NCBI RefSeq assembly: GCF_009914755.1
Contig: NC_060940.1
DNA: 64,000 nt
Strand: one strand, 5' to 3'
Source of the DNA: the human T2T-CHM13v2.0 reference genome, Homo sapiens
Shown here: positions 14,621 through 30,022 of the stretch, in pieces
How positions within the stretch are numbered: the first letter of the stretch is position 1
Layout: each line of letters starts with the position of its first letter
Position numbers and translations under genes: made by a program
Notes under the pieces: model-generated
Seen by the model: the letters and a program-made list of their open reading frames with translations, nothing else
Databases searched by the model: none
What the model was told of the DNA's origin: nothing

Positions 14621-15405
14621 TACAATCCTGTGTCAGCCAGCCAGTTCCACCAAAATTGAATTTCTGACCTGACTGCTTGCTCTTCCTCTTTCCAGAAGAC
14701 CCTGCAGGTTTCTCTGCACCGCTCCCTGCCAAGAGGAGCTCCAACTATCAGAGATGCAACCCTCTCCCCAGGGGAATTTCACAACCTCAGGGTGTGAGGG
14801 GGAACACCTGGCCAGAGCCAGAGCAGTGACATGGTCAAAGTACAGCTCATGAAGACTGAGGCAGGGGGAGAAGAGAACAAAGCGTTATGCTTAATGACAC
14901 CACCCAGAAATAAAGAGTTAAAGAAACCTCAAAGCGCCTGAGTCCATGTTCTACAGTGAAATCTTTCTTTATTCATTTTATCTTTGTAAATCTCTCTTTA
15001 CTTATTTTATCTTTGTCTTCAAGAACCCTAGGAAATGGGTTCATTTTCCCTATTTTATAATTGGAGAAACAAATCATATAGGGTCAGGGTTAAGAGGGCA
15101 GATCAAATCCCAGTATCTCCAATTATTTACCAGGTTTGTGACCTCGGGCAGCTGTATGACCTTGGGCCGCAGAGCCTCAGTTTCCTCACCTATAAAGCGG
15201 AACTAATATAACTATTAGCTGGAGCTGCTGTGAGAACAGCATGAGACCACCATACAGGGCATGAAACTCCCAGTGACTTCCCAAGGCAGTCCATGATGAA
15301 GGCCTGGAAGCACAAAGGGATCAACAGGAGCTGTTCTCCCAGGGGACACTTGGGACACCCAGACTACAGGGAAGAGCGCTGCACAGTGAAGAAATTATTG
15401 ATAAA

Positions 15406-15694
15406 GTCTGAGCACGGTGGCTCACGCCTGTAATCCCAGCACTTTGGTAGGCCAGGGTGGGCAGATCATCTGAAGTCAGGAGTTCCAGACCAGCCTGGCC
15501 AACATGGCGAAACCCCATCTCTACTAAAAAAAAAAAGTACAAAAAAAATTAGCCAGGCATGGTGGGGCGTGCCTCTAGTCCCAGCTACTGGGGAGGCGGA
15601 GGCAGGAGAATCACTTGAACCAAGGAGGCAGAGGTTGCAGTAAGCACTCCAGCCTGGGTGACAGAACAAGACTATCTCAAAAAAAAAAAAAAAA
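15406..15694 (+). mobile_element. AluS-like
   Basis: Dimeric Alu with a short right-arm deletion. Confidence 0.92.
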
Positions 15695-16220
15695 GGAAGA
15701 TGCCAGTATTCATCAGTTTCACCTGCTTTCTTTGTTGCTTCTGACTTTTCCTCCTCTAAAGTGGAGGCTCCATAAAGGCACCAAATATCCGAGGGCCCTG
15801 GCCACCAAGGCTGGGTCATCTGGGGTGTGGGGCAGGCATCATTCCTTAGCTAGAAATCCAACTCCAGCCCTGAAGCTTTGTCAAACCATTCCCTTAATGG
15901 ACAGGTATTATTCTGGGCCCACTTAACTCCAGTAGATTCCAAAATCGGGCCAAGCCAGCTGACCGAGCTGGGCGGCGATGCTGCCTGAGTCTGAAAAACA
16001 GATTCTGAGCTCATGAAATGCCTGTCTTCTGGGGTAGCAGGCCCCAGAGAGATCTGCTGAGGAAAAGGCCAGGAATGTTCTGAGCAAAGACAAGCTCCTG
16101 GGAATGAGGGTGTGACCTCGCAAAGCGACTCCCTGTCCATATCTCCACCCCCAGCCAATATGGACATCAGGAGAGCTTGAACTCACAGCCACTGGGGCAA
16201 AGCCAGAAGGCCCAGGAAGA

Positions 16221-16250
16221 GCTCCTCAAATAGGCGCTCCTCAAATAGGC
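16221..16250 (+). repeat. Perfect 15-bp tandem duplication
   Basis: gctcctcaaataggc x2. Confidence 0.9.
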
Positions 16251-19200
16251 AGGTCCTGAGTGGGGCAAGAGGGGGAAGGGTACAGCCAAAAGATGCAGGA
16301 GCAGTTATGACAGGTCAGAACAGAGCACCCGAGGGGCCAGGTGAATCGCTGACTTCAAGCCTACAGGGCACATGGTGAACTGAGAGGACCCACTGCAAGC
16401 AGGACCCTAAATTCCCCAGGGGCCAGGCAGGGACATCAATGAGTGACTTCAGCCAAGGTCTGGACTGTGATGGACAGAAGAGACATGCCCACCTACAGAA
16501 GCAGTCACCACCCCCAGCCCCAGGATGGTAGCCAAGCCTGAAACGGGGACCTTGAAGTCCCAGATCTACCCATTGCTTAGGAGACAGAAGCAAGAACTCC
16601 GATTTTTTTCTGTGACATCTCCAATCTCTCAATGTTGATTTCTTTCTTTCAAACACAGCGCAAGCCAATCAAAACACATCTGTGAGCAACACTCAGCCTC
16701 CAGCCTCCAGTTCGCAGCCTTCATCTAAAAGGTTGGAAGGGCAACATAAAGGAGTGGGCGCTCAGGTGAGCAACCCTCCTCCTCGCCCAGCCTTACCAGG
16801 CCTGGCCCCTCATGGGACCCTGATTGGAACTGGGGTCCACGCACAAGCTTGGGGAGGTTTATCCGCTTTCACAAGCTCCGCCCAGCAGGCAACACCCAGA
16901 GCCCAGGACTCCAGCCAGGGGAACACCACTCCGCAGAGAAAACCCTCAGCACTTGGCTCTTCCTGGAGCCTGAATTTCCTCCCCAAACAGGATGGATTTA
17001 CGTGCGAGAGCAAAGGCCTACGCATGCGCCCAGCTCCAGACCCCGGTATTTATACAGTTTCATAAACTGCAAGCGATTATTTTGTTTCCTAAGAACAATC
17101 ACTATGCAAATGAAACCTCCAGCTAATACAAACAGGGCTGTTAAATTCACTTGCCAATGTTTATGAAAAGAAACTCAGCCTGGCCCTAACCAAGCTCGCT
17201 AAGAAAATGTTTAATCACAAGACACATTCGAGTGAGGAAATTAGGCAAATAAGAAAAGATGTCCTGACTTCGCTCCCAGAGCCCCCTCCCACCTCCCACC
17301 CCCTCCTTTATTCGGCAAGACAATGATGGTGAAATGAAAAGGTTCCCAGAAGACGGACAGATGTCAAGGCTTAAGAAGGAAAAGACAGAAAATGCAGAGA
17401 TTAGGGAAGCACTGGTTCCCAAATTTCAACAGCCCCCTCAGGACCTTCCCACTGTATATGTTATACTTGTTTTTCAGGGATTTCGTGGGAAGGGAGGAGG
17501 GGAGCATGTGCAGGGGGGCAGCAGGGCTGGGTGGGCAGGGAGGGCAGGGAGGGCAGGTGGAAACTCCAGGCCGCTCCTGGATCCTGGCTCTTGCACTTGG
17601 CTCCTGTACTCGGTCAGGCCACTGGACCACAGAACTGGAACTCAGGATGGAGCGAGTTCCCAGCTGGGGCGGGCAGTGGCCTTGGCTTCGCACAGCCTGT
17701 CACAGGGCAGGCGGCAGGCTTGGGGACCCAGCCAACACCCGAGCAGGACAGAGTGAAGATCCCAAGTCCTCAGTGGGCTGGGCGGTTGTCCCTGAAGAGT
17801 TAACAGCCCCAGGGTCAGGATCAATTGGAGGATGTTAGGGCGAAGAAAAATCATCTCATCAGGCTTGCCTGGGCTTAAGGCCCTGCAGTTCCACTACATA
17901 CAGCCTATATAACCTCAAACAAGTGACTTCCTCTCTCGGTGCCTCAGTTGCCTCATCATGAAAATACAGATTGAGACAGCATGAACACAGTGCTGTGACA
18001 ATACAAAGAGACCCTAAACGTAGTCAGCAGTCCTGGGAACACAGGCGTGTTTGATGGAGGTTAGCTATCTGCTCCAAGTCCCTCAATGCACAGATGAGGC
18101 CCAGAGAGGGTTGGTGGAGTTCCCCAAGTCACACAGATAAACAGCAGACAAAGGATTTGACCCCGGCTCCAGCCTCTCCAGCAGAGATTTAGGGGAAGAA
18201 TGGGTGGAGGCCAGGGCTGGGCCCTGCCCTGCGTCCCCTCTGGGAAGCACGCTCGCCAAGGAGGCGGTGGTAGGAGGGACCTCTGGAGCCACTGCTCCCT
18301 GGGGTTGGGGGAAACCGGAGCCTGGTCCTGGCAGGGCTTCCCAGGGGCCCGGGCAGGGGCAGCTGTCCAGAACTGTCTGTCCACGGAGGGGGCAGGGTGG
18401 CTGCCACTCGGAGCACGCTGTGTGCCAGTCCCTGGGGCCGGGCCGGCTCAGCCTGCAGGCTCCATCCAGAGCCCGCCCCAGGGGATGCTGGGGGAGAGCG
18501 CCAGGATCAGAGCCGCCGGCTGTGCGCTCCCCTCCCCCAGCAACAGGGGACTAAAGTGGGTCAAGGAGGAAGGAGGGGGCCCAGGAGGGCTGGGGGAGGG
18601 GCCAAGGAGCTTGAGAAGGCACCCAGGGGGAGGGGACCAGGGGAAGATGCCTGGAAAAGCAAAACCATGTGTGCAGTGCGCCTTGCGGGGCCAGGGCTGA
18701 GCGGCAGAGGGGCTGCTGAGGCCTTGGGGGGAGTCTCAGAATCACCTCCGGATTAACACCAGGGTGGCTGAGCCTTGGCTCTTGCCCCAGAAAGTCAGTC
18801 CTTCACTTTCTCCCACCCCCTGGCCTTGGGGGGCTCCCTCTTCTCTGAGGCCCTCAGCCTCTTCCAGAGCCCCCACACCCCATGGGCCCCCAGCCAAGGG
18901 GTCTGTGAGGAGCACTTTCAATCAGTGCTGGCCCCCTGGCTCAGCCCTGGCCTTGAGCCCAGCTGTCCAGCCGGGAGGTGGGGTCTGAGGAGGGTGGAGA
19001 GAAGAATACAGACAACCCCATCCTGGGCCCAGACTCAGCAGGACTGTGGCGGTGCCAGGCCAAGTCAGGCCTCATCACCGGGAAGAAGGGTGAGCATGGG
19101 CCCCACATCCCCGCAGAGGCGTTCCTGGGGGACCTGGTGCAAAATAAAAGGGAGGAAGGCAGGAAATGGCAAACAGCGACGCCCCCTAGCCAGGAAGGGA

Positions 19201-21519
19201 AGCCAGGCCACAGACCCCTCAGAGACAGGGCTGGGGGCCCACAGTCTGCTCCGGGGAGATGCGGGCCAGTGGGCAGCCTCCACCCCTGGCTGGGCCTGAC
19301 CCAATCATCAGCTTCTCTCCCAGCTCCCCCACCCGGCATGGCCCAAAAAAAAGGGACGCAACCACCCAAGCAACTCGATATGGTCCAGAAACCTCCAGGG
19401 TCCCCAGGTTCCAGGAAGCCTGCATAGGAGGTGGTGGGGGGGCAGAGGATGCAGAGGGTCCGGTGCCTGGGAGTAAGGTTTCAGCAGGGAGGGGAAGAGG
19501 AGCTGCTGCTCCCGGGTGTTGGTGCCAGTTGACAGGCAGCCGGGAAAACGGGGCCCAGGAGGGGCACACACCCACAGGTTCCAACTTAAGCCCCGGGGAA
19601 AATGCTGATGGGAAGAAGAGGCAGGCTTCCAGGCCAGGTCCTGGGCCCAAGGAGCAGTTTGGGTGGAGACAGAGAGAGGCCCAGAGGACAGGGCCCTGTT
19701 TTGAATCCCTCAGCAAGGCCACCTACCCCGACAACCACAGCTAAGATTCCTAGCTGAGCCAACTGGACTCCTGGGGCCTTGTGGGGAAAACACAGTAGAA
19801 AGGAGGACCCCCCCAGCCTAAATACCTTAAATGCAGCAAATACCTCCAACTTCGCACCTAGCAGAACAGAGGTGCTGGCCTAGTTGTGCCAGGCCTTGAA
19901 CCTTGCTGGGTGTGCAGTTCCCAAAAAATCAGGAAGCAAGTACAGCCCTGCCCACCACCTGTCTCAAATGTCCCAGGACTTGGCCTGGGACATCCTCCAC
20001 CTCCAACCTGTCCAAGCTGCTTCTCTCCCAAGTGAGCCTCAGGAGCAGGCCCAGTGGGGGAGGGGGTTGGCATGGAGGGAAGGGGGACTTAGTCACCAGC
20101 TGGGTCTCGGGGGATCAAGGTGTTGTCAGCCTCAGAGTTTACAGTCTGCCTCCAGGAGCTCTGGGAGAAGATTCCGGCATGGTGCTGGCTCACCAGGTGT
20201 GTAGACAGTGACCCTGGCAGTTACTCAGGCAGGCACCAGGCATGGGGCAGCCTCACTGTGACATGTGACCTTGGACCTCAGGCTGACCTTCAAAGCTGCC
20301 TCACCCACAGGATGGCGAACATAATGGTACCAACCTCACAGGGCTGCAGAGGGGATTCATGAGAACACGTGCAGGAAGCCCTCAGAGAGCCCTGGACGCA
20401 CAATAACCTCAGTAAATACTCCCCATGAATGCCCTTATCCCCTCCTGATGCTCCTTCTCCCCCACTGAACCTCTCTCCACAAGAGCAGGCTTGGAACTCT
20501 CCTACTAGTAAGAAGGCAGGACAGGATACAAAGAGAGGTCTGGGACCAGGCCCAACCTTGTCCAACACGTCCCAGTAGGAAAATGAGCTCAGACCCTGGG
20601 AACCCAGGACAGGCCTCTACATTCCCCTGGGAGAGCCTGAGCAATAGGTATTTTGAGCCAACAGATACAGGAAATTCAGAATAAAGCCCACTCAGATTCC
20701 CAATTCAAAGTGGACTGTGGACGCCGGGACACATTGGAGCAACTGTTTCCTCACTGGCCTGGTTTGATGTCTGGGGGATGGGGGCAGCTCAGTGTGCAAA
20801 GCCAGGCTGAGGGACGTGGGTGACAGTGATGGAGCATCTCCCTCCACCTCCCACCCCAGTAATGTACAGAGGGGGCCCTGGCGAGCTGAGGCCTGGGGGT
20901 CAGGGTCCCTGTCCATGGGATATGGAGACCTTGGAAAGGAGCAGCCTGCCTGCCAGCTGGACACAGGCCCTGCTACACGTGGCTGTGTGAGCCAGGGCAA
21001 GGCTGTGTGCGTCTCTGAAACTCCTTTCCTCAACTGGCAAATGAAGAGGGACAACCCCTCCCCAGACCCCCACAACCTACTCCCTGGAAACTTGGAGGTG
21101 CCTGTGAGAGCCTCTGGAACCACACAGTGCACAGAGGTTGTGCAAACCTTAGGGGTCATTTAAGCACAAGGCCCCGGTGGCTTTCCCTGGGGACTCCCCA
21201 GAAAGAACCATGCACCATGCTGTGTGCACGCATCAACAGGCCACCTGCAATGCCACCCCAACCCAGCCATCTCTCCCAGTACCCGACCCTGCCTCTTCCT
21301 TCATCCCTGCTCCAGCCCTTCCAGGAGAGCCTGCCAGCACTTGCCCCTGCCCCTCCAGACAGTCACACTCAAAACTCCCCCAGATTTTGTCCCATCATGT
21401 CCTCGTGGACAGAGACTATGGCCTCTTCTTCTCCCTCCTTCCCCACATGGGGCGGGCCCAAGGCAGGCAGAGGCAGCCCTAGTGAATGAGTTCAGAGCCA
21501 GAGGAGACTAGCCACTGTC

Positions 21520-21770
21520 CTCTGCAGTTCCCTCTCATCTTCCTACACCAGCGGTCACGTCACTTCCTCTGCAGTGCCCTCCCGGGAGGACCTTGTCGAA
21601 GTCAGATAAGCCAGAGCGGTCTCTCAATGAACAATTACAATCCGGGGAGCTGCTCACTCTTTATTGTCTGTCTTGCTACTAAGCCGTAAGCTCCCTGAAG
21701 GCAAGGACCCAGCACTAGCATTTGGCCCATCACAAACTCAGAACTATCCATCCAGTGAATGAATGAAGTC
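21520..21770 (+). mobile_element. L2 3' end
   Basis: gtaagctccctgaaggcaaggacc...gaatgaatgaa. Confidence 0.55.
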
Positions 21771-21949
21771 AAGAAGGATCCATCCAGAGAAGGAATTTTA
21801 AGCGGCAAACCCAGAATCATGACTCAAATCTGTGTGCCAATCTTCATCTGTAATTTACTGGATACGTGCTGATGCACTGGAAGCTGCACCCCCGGGGCCA
21901 GGCCTCCAGCCCACCACGCAGGCCTGGGCACCTTGCAGGGGCTGAGCAC

Positions 21950-22158
21950 AGTTCTGGGGCTGGAGTGCCTCCGTTCAAATCTTGCCCTAGCTGTGGGGCA
22001 CTGGGCCATTTATTTTACTTCCCCGTGCCTCGGTTTCCTCCTCTGTAAAATGGGGATACACATCACGTACCTATTTCACAGGGGTGCTGTGAACCTTGAA
22101 TGAATCAACGAGTGTTAAGTGCTCAGAACAGTCCTCAGTACCTGGGAAGTGCGCTCAG
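21950..22158 (+). mobile_element. MIR
   Basis: gtgcctcggtttcctcctctgtaaaatgggga core. Confidence 0.75.
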
Positions 22159-22900
22159 CGGCATTACGTGTATGAGGATGTACCAGGGAATGGCCCTGCG
22201 GCTGTCACTCGCCTTCCCCCAGCCCCACCCCAAAGCGGAGGCCCGATCGGGGTTCCGGTGCCCCAGGGCTCCCGAGGCGCACATCTGGCTGGCGGGCCCG
22301 CAGCCCACCCAAGGGCGGCACCAGCTGTGGGCTCGACGCCGCCGTCCCCAGCGCTGGGCCTGGGACCAGGAGTCCTGAGGGCGCCAGACTCCGAGGGGCG
22401 GGCGGCCGGGGGGCGGCCCGCGGCGCAGAACAAGCCAGGCCCCACCCGGGCCGCGTGAGCGAGCTGCGCAGCCTGCGCCTTCCCAGCCGGCCCCCCGCCG
22501 CGGCCGCTTTGTGCCCGAACCTGGCCCTGAGTGACTGCGCCGCAGCCATGGAGCCCTCCCGCGCGGGGGGCGGCCCAGCGCGTTCCCAATGCCGCCGCCT
22601 CAAAGGGGTCCCGGGGCCGCCCCCGCGGGCCGGGCAGACAAGGGCCCGGGAGGGGCTGCGTTCCCAAGCGTCGGCCGGGCTCCCCTCGGGTAGCTGGGCG
22701 GGAAGAGCCCCGAGGCCCCCTCCCCTGATTTTCCCCGCCTCTTCCCAGCCATCCCCCCTCTTCCCCGCCTCCTCCCCAACTGCCACCCCACCCTGGATTT
22801 CTTCCTCCTCTCCGACCCTTGACCCCTTCCCCTCCCCCGCGGTTTCTCCGTCCCCTCCCCTCATCCCAGGACCCAGATCCTACAAGGCAACTGCGCAATC
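22150..22900. promoter_or_regulatory. Intragenic CpG-rich island in ZNF423 intron 1
   Basis: Abrupt cluster of CpGs and GC boxes in non-repetitive sequence. Confidence 0.75.
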
Positions 22901-24339
22901 GGACTCCAGGGGGACCGTGGAGGGTTCAGATCCCACCTCCCGTCCTGGAAATCTCGGCCCCCACACCCAGACACTTCCTCCCACCCCACAAGCCTCAGGC
23001 CACAGCCCTGGCTTGGAGAAGGGCTAGATGCCTTGGAGAGGGGCCGGCCTCTGAGGTAACGGGCTGTGGGAGCCTCCTGGCCCCATGTGCCCATCTGTCA
23101 GATGGGGGTGGGAACGTGGTCCAGTGCCAGGCACAGGGAGCAGTGCAGTGGCCCGCACAGGCAGGAGTTCTGCCGGGTGGCGCTCACAGCAGGCAGGCCC
23201 AGGGAGGCCCATCCTCTGAGCCCTCCCAGTTACCTGTGCATTGAGAGGCCTGCATGTCTGCAGCGGAGGAGCGGGACATGACACTGAGGTCCCCAGGGCA
23301 AGACTGGGACCCTGAAGCGGCTTCTGCCCAGAAACAGCCCCAAGGAACTGACTCGCGGCCCCAGGAAAGCCTCCAGAGAGAACAGAGCCGGGCCCCACCC
23401 AGCCTGCTGGCTGAAGCTGCAGCCTGCACCTTCCCAGCCGGCTCGCCGCCCTCCCAGGGTGAAGAGACAGAGGCTCAGAGAAGGACCCCCACCTGCCACA
23501 ACCTCCCAGCCTCCCAAAGCATCAACCACAAAGACCTCCAGGCCCCCAGCTCCCCTCATGAAGCAGCCCCCTTCACCATCTGGGATCCAGCATCACCTCC
23601 AGGATGGCCTTCTCTGCACAGCCTCCCTGCCTGCCCCAGAACCTAATTTGCTTAACAGAAATATGCTTGCAGATGGCTCCTCACTCAACTAGAATAAACC
23701 TGTCCACGTGGTGGCCACAGCACCTTGAATACTGCCTGGTACATAGTAGGTTCTCAGTAAACATGTGCGAGGAATGAATGAACAAATGAGCAGCAGCTAA
23801 TGATAGCAGCTCCTAAAAGCCTTGAAACCTAAACCGTGCCCCAGATAAGAGGATTCCATGACAAGTGATCAAATAAGTTTGGAAATCACAAATTATTAAC
23901 ATCTCTCAGAGTCCCACGCTGGCATTTTAAGGGCTCCGAGAAGCCGTGAAGTTTTTTTAAAAAAAATTTTAACTCTGTTTAATCCAGTGTTTGCCAAATG
24001 CATTTGGCGACAGAAAACTTTTCTCTTTTTGGGGGGGTGGAACATCAACAAAATCCTGGAATACATTTTGGGAAATGCCAATATAAATTTATTTCCCATC
24101 CTCACAACCACAACTTTACACATGGCCAGCTGAATCTTAGAAAGGAAGAACTTGCTTCTTTCTCGTTACAGGGTCAGGTTAAACACAATGCTCCGAAAAT
24201 ATCTCAATGAATGGATATAAAGTAAATTCATAAGCAAAGTCTACCACCCACTAGTATGTTCTCTGTCCCTGTACTGAGAGTCTGAATCACGCAAGCAATT
24301 TGAAGAGTCTCTTTGCCCTGGAAGCTGGCACATATGACC

Positions 24340-24552
24340 ACTCACACAGGCACACACATGCACACACACATATGCATTCATGCACACGTGTACACACTCT
24401 CGCATGCATCCACATGCACACACTAGTACACACAGACTCACACACATGCACACACATACCCAACAGGTACCCACACAGACTCAGACACACGCACAGTCAT
24501 GCATGCACACTTATGTGCACATACAGGCACACAGACTCACACACATGCACAA
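24340..24552 (+). repeat. Degenerate (CA)/(CACATG)n low-complexity repeat
   Basis: Direct reading. Confidence 0.85.
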
Positions 24553-25581
24553 CTATTATAGGGCATATGCCCTCCCACACAGCCGCTTCCCTGAGCCTGG
24601 CCAGGAAGCCCCTTGAGAAGGGCAACTGTTTTCTGGTGGGGTGGGGAGGACGGATTCGAGGAGAGATCCAAAAGCCCCCTTCAAACCTGGTGTCTCTAAA
24701 AAGGGCAGGGTTGCCCCAGCAAATGACAGGCTAAAGCCTGAACAACAAGCTCTTCCTTACCTGAGATTTCCTCCTCACCTCTCTCCTGGGAGTAGAGCCC
24801 ATTTCAAAGGAAAAGAAACTGAGGCTTACCAATAACATGGCAAGGACGTGGGGAAAGAGGGGTAGGAGCCCAAATCTGTCTGCTCAGAATCCTCCCCCCA
24901 CTCCAGAAGCTTGGGGATCCTAGGTTGTTCCGAAGGCAGGACAGTGGCAGCAGCAAGATCCTCCAGCTCCCCCTTCTCCTATCCCCAGGCACAATTCTGC
25001 CACAAGGTCACTGTATGACCTTGGACACCTAGCTTGCCCTCTCTGGGCAAGTTTAATCATCTTTATGAAAAGGAACCTCAGCTGAGGGTTCTCCAAGCTC
25101 CAGGACTGCTGGTAAAAAAGAAAGCCTAAGGTCCCCACCTCAGCAGTCAAAAGCAAGTGTCAGGATTCCATGAGGTACTGCCCGTAACGTGCATAGCCCA
25201 GTGCCTGTATACAAGGGGTGCCCATTAGAGGCTAGCTACTCTTGGTGTTGTGATTCCATCCCTCAGGGACCAAATAAAAAATGCTACCCGCTCTTCCAGG
25301 CTTTACCTGATTCCCCTACCAAAGGGAATCCCCCGAAACTCTCTCACCCCTCCCACAGCCCTCAGCCCACACTTCTGTCCTAGGCTGCCTTGTCTGGTCC
25401 AGTGGTTAGGGTCTACTCCCCTCTCTGGCCTCCAGGCTTCCTGAGGACGTGGCCTCCTCTGCGTTCTCTCTGCATCTTCCTTGGAGCCTAGGCTAAGCCT
25501 CACCTGAGTCAGATGCTCAGGATTTACATGGAAGGATGGATGTGAAAGGGAAAGAAGGAGGGCAGACAACCAAAGGACTCA

Positions 25582-27050
<1,469 letters not shown>

Positions 27051-27712
27051 ATACTCTAGGTGCTATCTCCTAGACTAATGGTTCCTAACCCTGGCTGCAC
27101 ATTCCAATTACCCCCATCCTCAGAGATTCTGGATTATTTCATCTATGGTGGAGCCCAGGTAATGTTATTTTTTAAGTGCCTAGGATGATACTGATGTGCA
27201 ACTAACCAAGATTGGAAACTTAACTCATGTAGCTAACCCTACTAGTTCTATCCTATTTCATAGAAAACTGAGAAACTAGGAAAACATAGAAAACTAGGAA
27301 ACTGAGGCCCATAGAAGGAACTGTCTTGCCCAAAGTCAGAGTATGTTTCCTCCAACCCCCTCCCCTCCCCAAGGAGAGAAATGAAGGAATCTTGACTCAG
27401 ACCTTCAGGGAGAATGGGGTCTTTCTTTTCTATTCTGAGTGATTGGCAGGTTCCCTACCAACACATCCCATTTCCCCCTCCCGCCCACTTAGCTGGCCCC
27501 ACCCCTCACTCCTAGTGCTGTTCCTAGGGCAGACCACCCCCCCTCCAAAGATGAAGAGGGTCCCAAGGCCACTTAATGGTGGCTGATCCCTGGCCAGGAT
27601 CGAGCTGGTCAAATGTGTTTATTCTGAGCCATGGCAATGATGTAGCAGGATGAGCGTCACAGGCAGGATGGCAAGGTTATTGAGTTGAACATTCTGTTTT
27701 ATTTAAAATTAA

Positions 27713-27998
27713 GTCCAGGCACAGAGGCGTATGCCTGTAATCTCAACATTCTGAAAGCCCGAGGTGGGAGAATCGTTTGAGACCAGGCTAAACAACACAT
27801 GAAGAACTCCATCTGTTAAAAAAAAAAAAAAAAAGAGGCGGACATGGTGACTCGCACCTATAGTCCCAGCAACTCAGGAGGCTAAGGAAGGAGGATAGCT
27901 TGAGCCCAGGAGTTTGAGGTGGCAGTGAGCTATGATAACATCAATGTACTCCAGCCTGGGTAGCAGAGCAAGATCCAAACTTTAAGAAAATAAATAAT
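27713..27998 (+). mobile_element. AluJ-like
   Basis: Diverged dimeric Alu; TSD ttaaaattaa. Confidence 0.88.
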
Positions 27999-28284
27999 TA
28001 AAATTAAATTAGTACAAAAATCTCACATTGCTTTTATCATTTTAAAAGCAATGTTTTACAAGCCTAACACAATCCATGACACAAAGCCCTCGATAAACAG
28101 CAGCTGCAATCTCACAGCACAATGTACCCTGAGTATGAAGGAGAACCGGCATCAGCCTCTCCCAGCCGGGTGTCCTGCAGCTCCCACCTCCTCATCAGGA
28201 ACAGAGGCTGGGGCAGCGGGAGGGGCCCACAAAGACTGACTCTCACGGTGAACCCAAGTCCTGCAAAGGCCTGTGCTCCCTCTC

Positions 28285-28446
28285 AGTTCACCCACTCACT
28301 TATCCACTCATCACTTATGAATCCATTTACTCATCGAGTCATTTACTCACTAGTCACTCATTCATTCATTCACTTGTTCACCCATTCATATTTATTCCCC
28401 ATTCATATTTATTCCTTCAACAATTCACACATTCACTCATTCATTT
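28285..28446 (+). repeat. Degenerate (TCAT)n, probably L2-tail derived
   Basis: Direct reading. Confidence 0.8.
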
Positions 28447-28456
28447 AATAAATATT

Positions 28457-28764
<308 letters not shown>

Positions 28765-28805
28765 CAAATCTTTTAGACATAATGACCCAGAAGATTGAGG
28801 CCAGA

Positions 28806-29104
28806 TTTTTTTGTTTGTTTGTGTTTTTTGGGGTTTTTTGTTTGTTTGTTTTTGTTTTAAGATGGAGTCTTGCTCTGTCACCCAGGCTGGAGTGCAGTGG
28901 GTTCCAGCGATTCTCCTGCCTCAGCCTCCTGGGTAGCTGAGATTACAGGCGCATGCCACCACGCCTGGCTATTTTTTTTATTTTTAGTGGAGACAGGGTT
29001 TCACCATGTTGGCCAGGCTGGTCTCAAACTCCTGATCTCAGGTGATCTGCCCCCCTCAGCCTCCCAAAATGCTGGAATTACAGGTGTGAGCCACTGCGCC
29101 CAGC
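28806..29104 (-). mobile_element. AluS-like with internal deletion
   Basis: Reverse Alu. Confidence 0.9.
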
Positions 29105-29106
29105 AA

Positions 29107-29547
<441 letters not shown>

Positions 29548-29761
29548 AAGGCCATTTCTGAATGAGCATGGAGCCCTGGAAGCCCAGCAGGCTGCTGGCA
29601 TCCCATACATGAGACCCTTCCCCTGAGAAAGGCAGGACATGGGGCTGCTGGAGGGACTGGGGATTTGAGCTATTCACTGTGGCCCCAGGAGGTGGAACCA
29701 GGACCAACACAGAGAGGAGACTGCAGCTTCATGTGTGAAATTCAAGCTAAAAAGCCACGGA

Positions 29762-30022
29762 TGAGGCCGAGGCAGGCGGATTACCTGAGGTTAGGAGTTC
29801 GAGACCAGCCTGGCCAACATGGTGAAACTCCATCTCTAATAAAAACACAAAAATTAGCCAGGCCTGGTGGCACATGCCTGTAATCCCAGCTACTCGGGAG
29901 GCTGAGGCAGGAATTGCTTGAGCCTGGGAGGTGGGGGCTGCAATGAGCCAAGATCGTGCCACTGCACTCCAGCCTGGCTGACAGAGCAAGACTCTGTCTC
30001 AAAAAAAAAAAAAAAAAAAAAA
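29762..30022 (+). mobile_element. AluS-like, 5' truncated
   Basis: Starts at gaggccgaggc; long A-tail. Confidence 0.9.

Noticed and set aside
23993-24008. 16-bp perfect palindrome GCCAAATGCATTTGGC
   Set aside because: About one is expected by chance in 64 kb, and it lies in a probable old DNA-transposon remnant.
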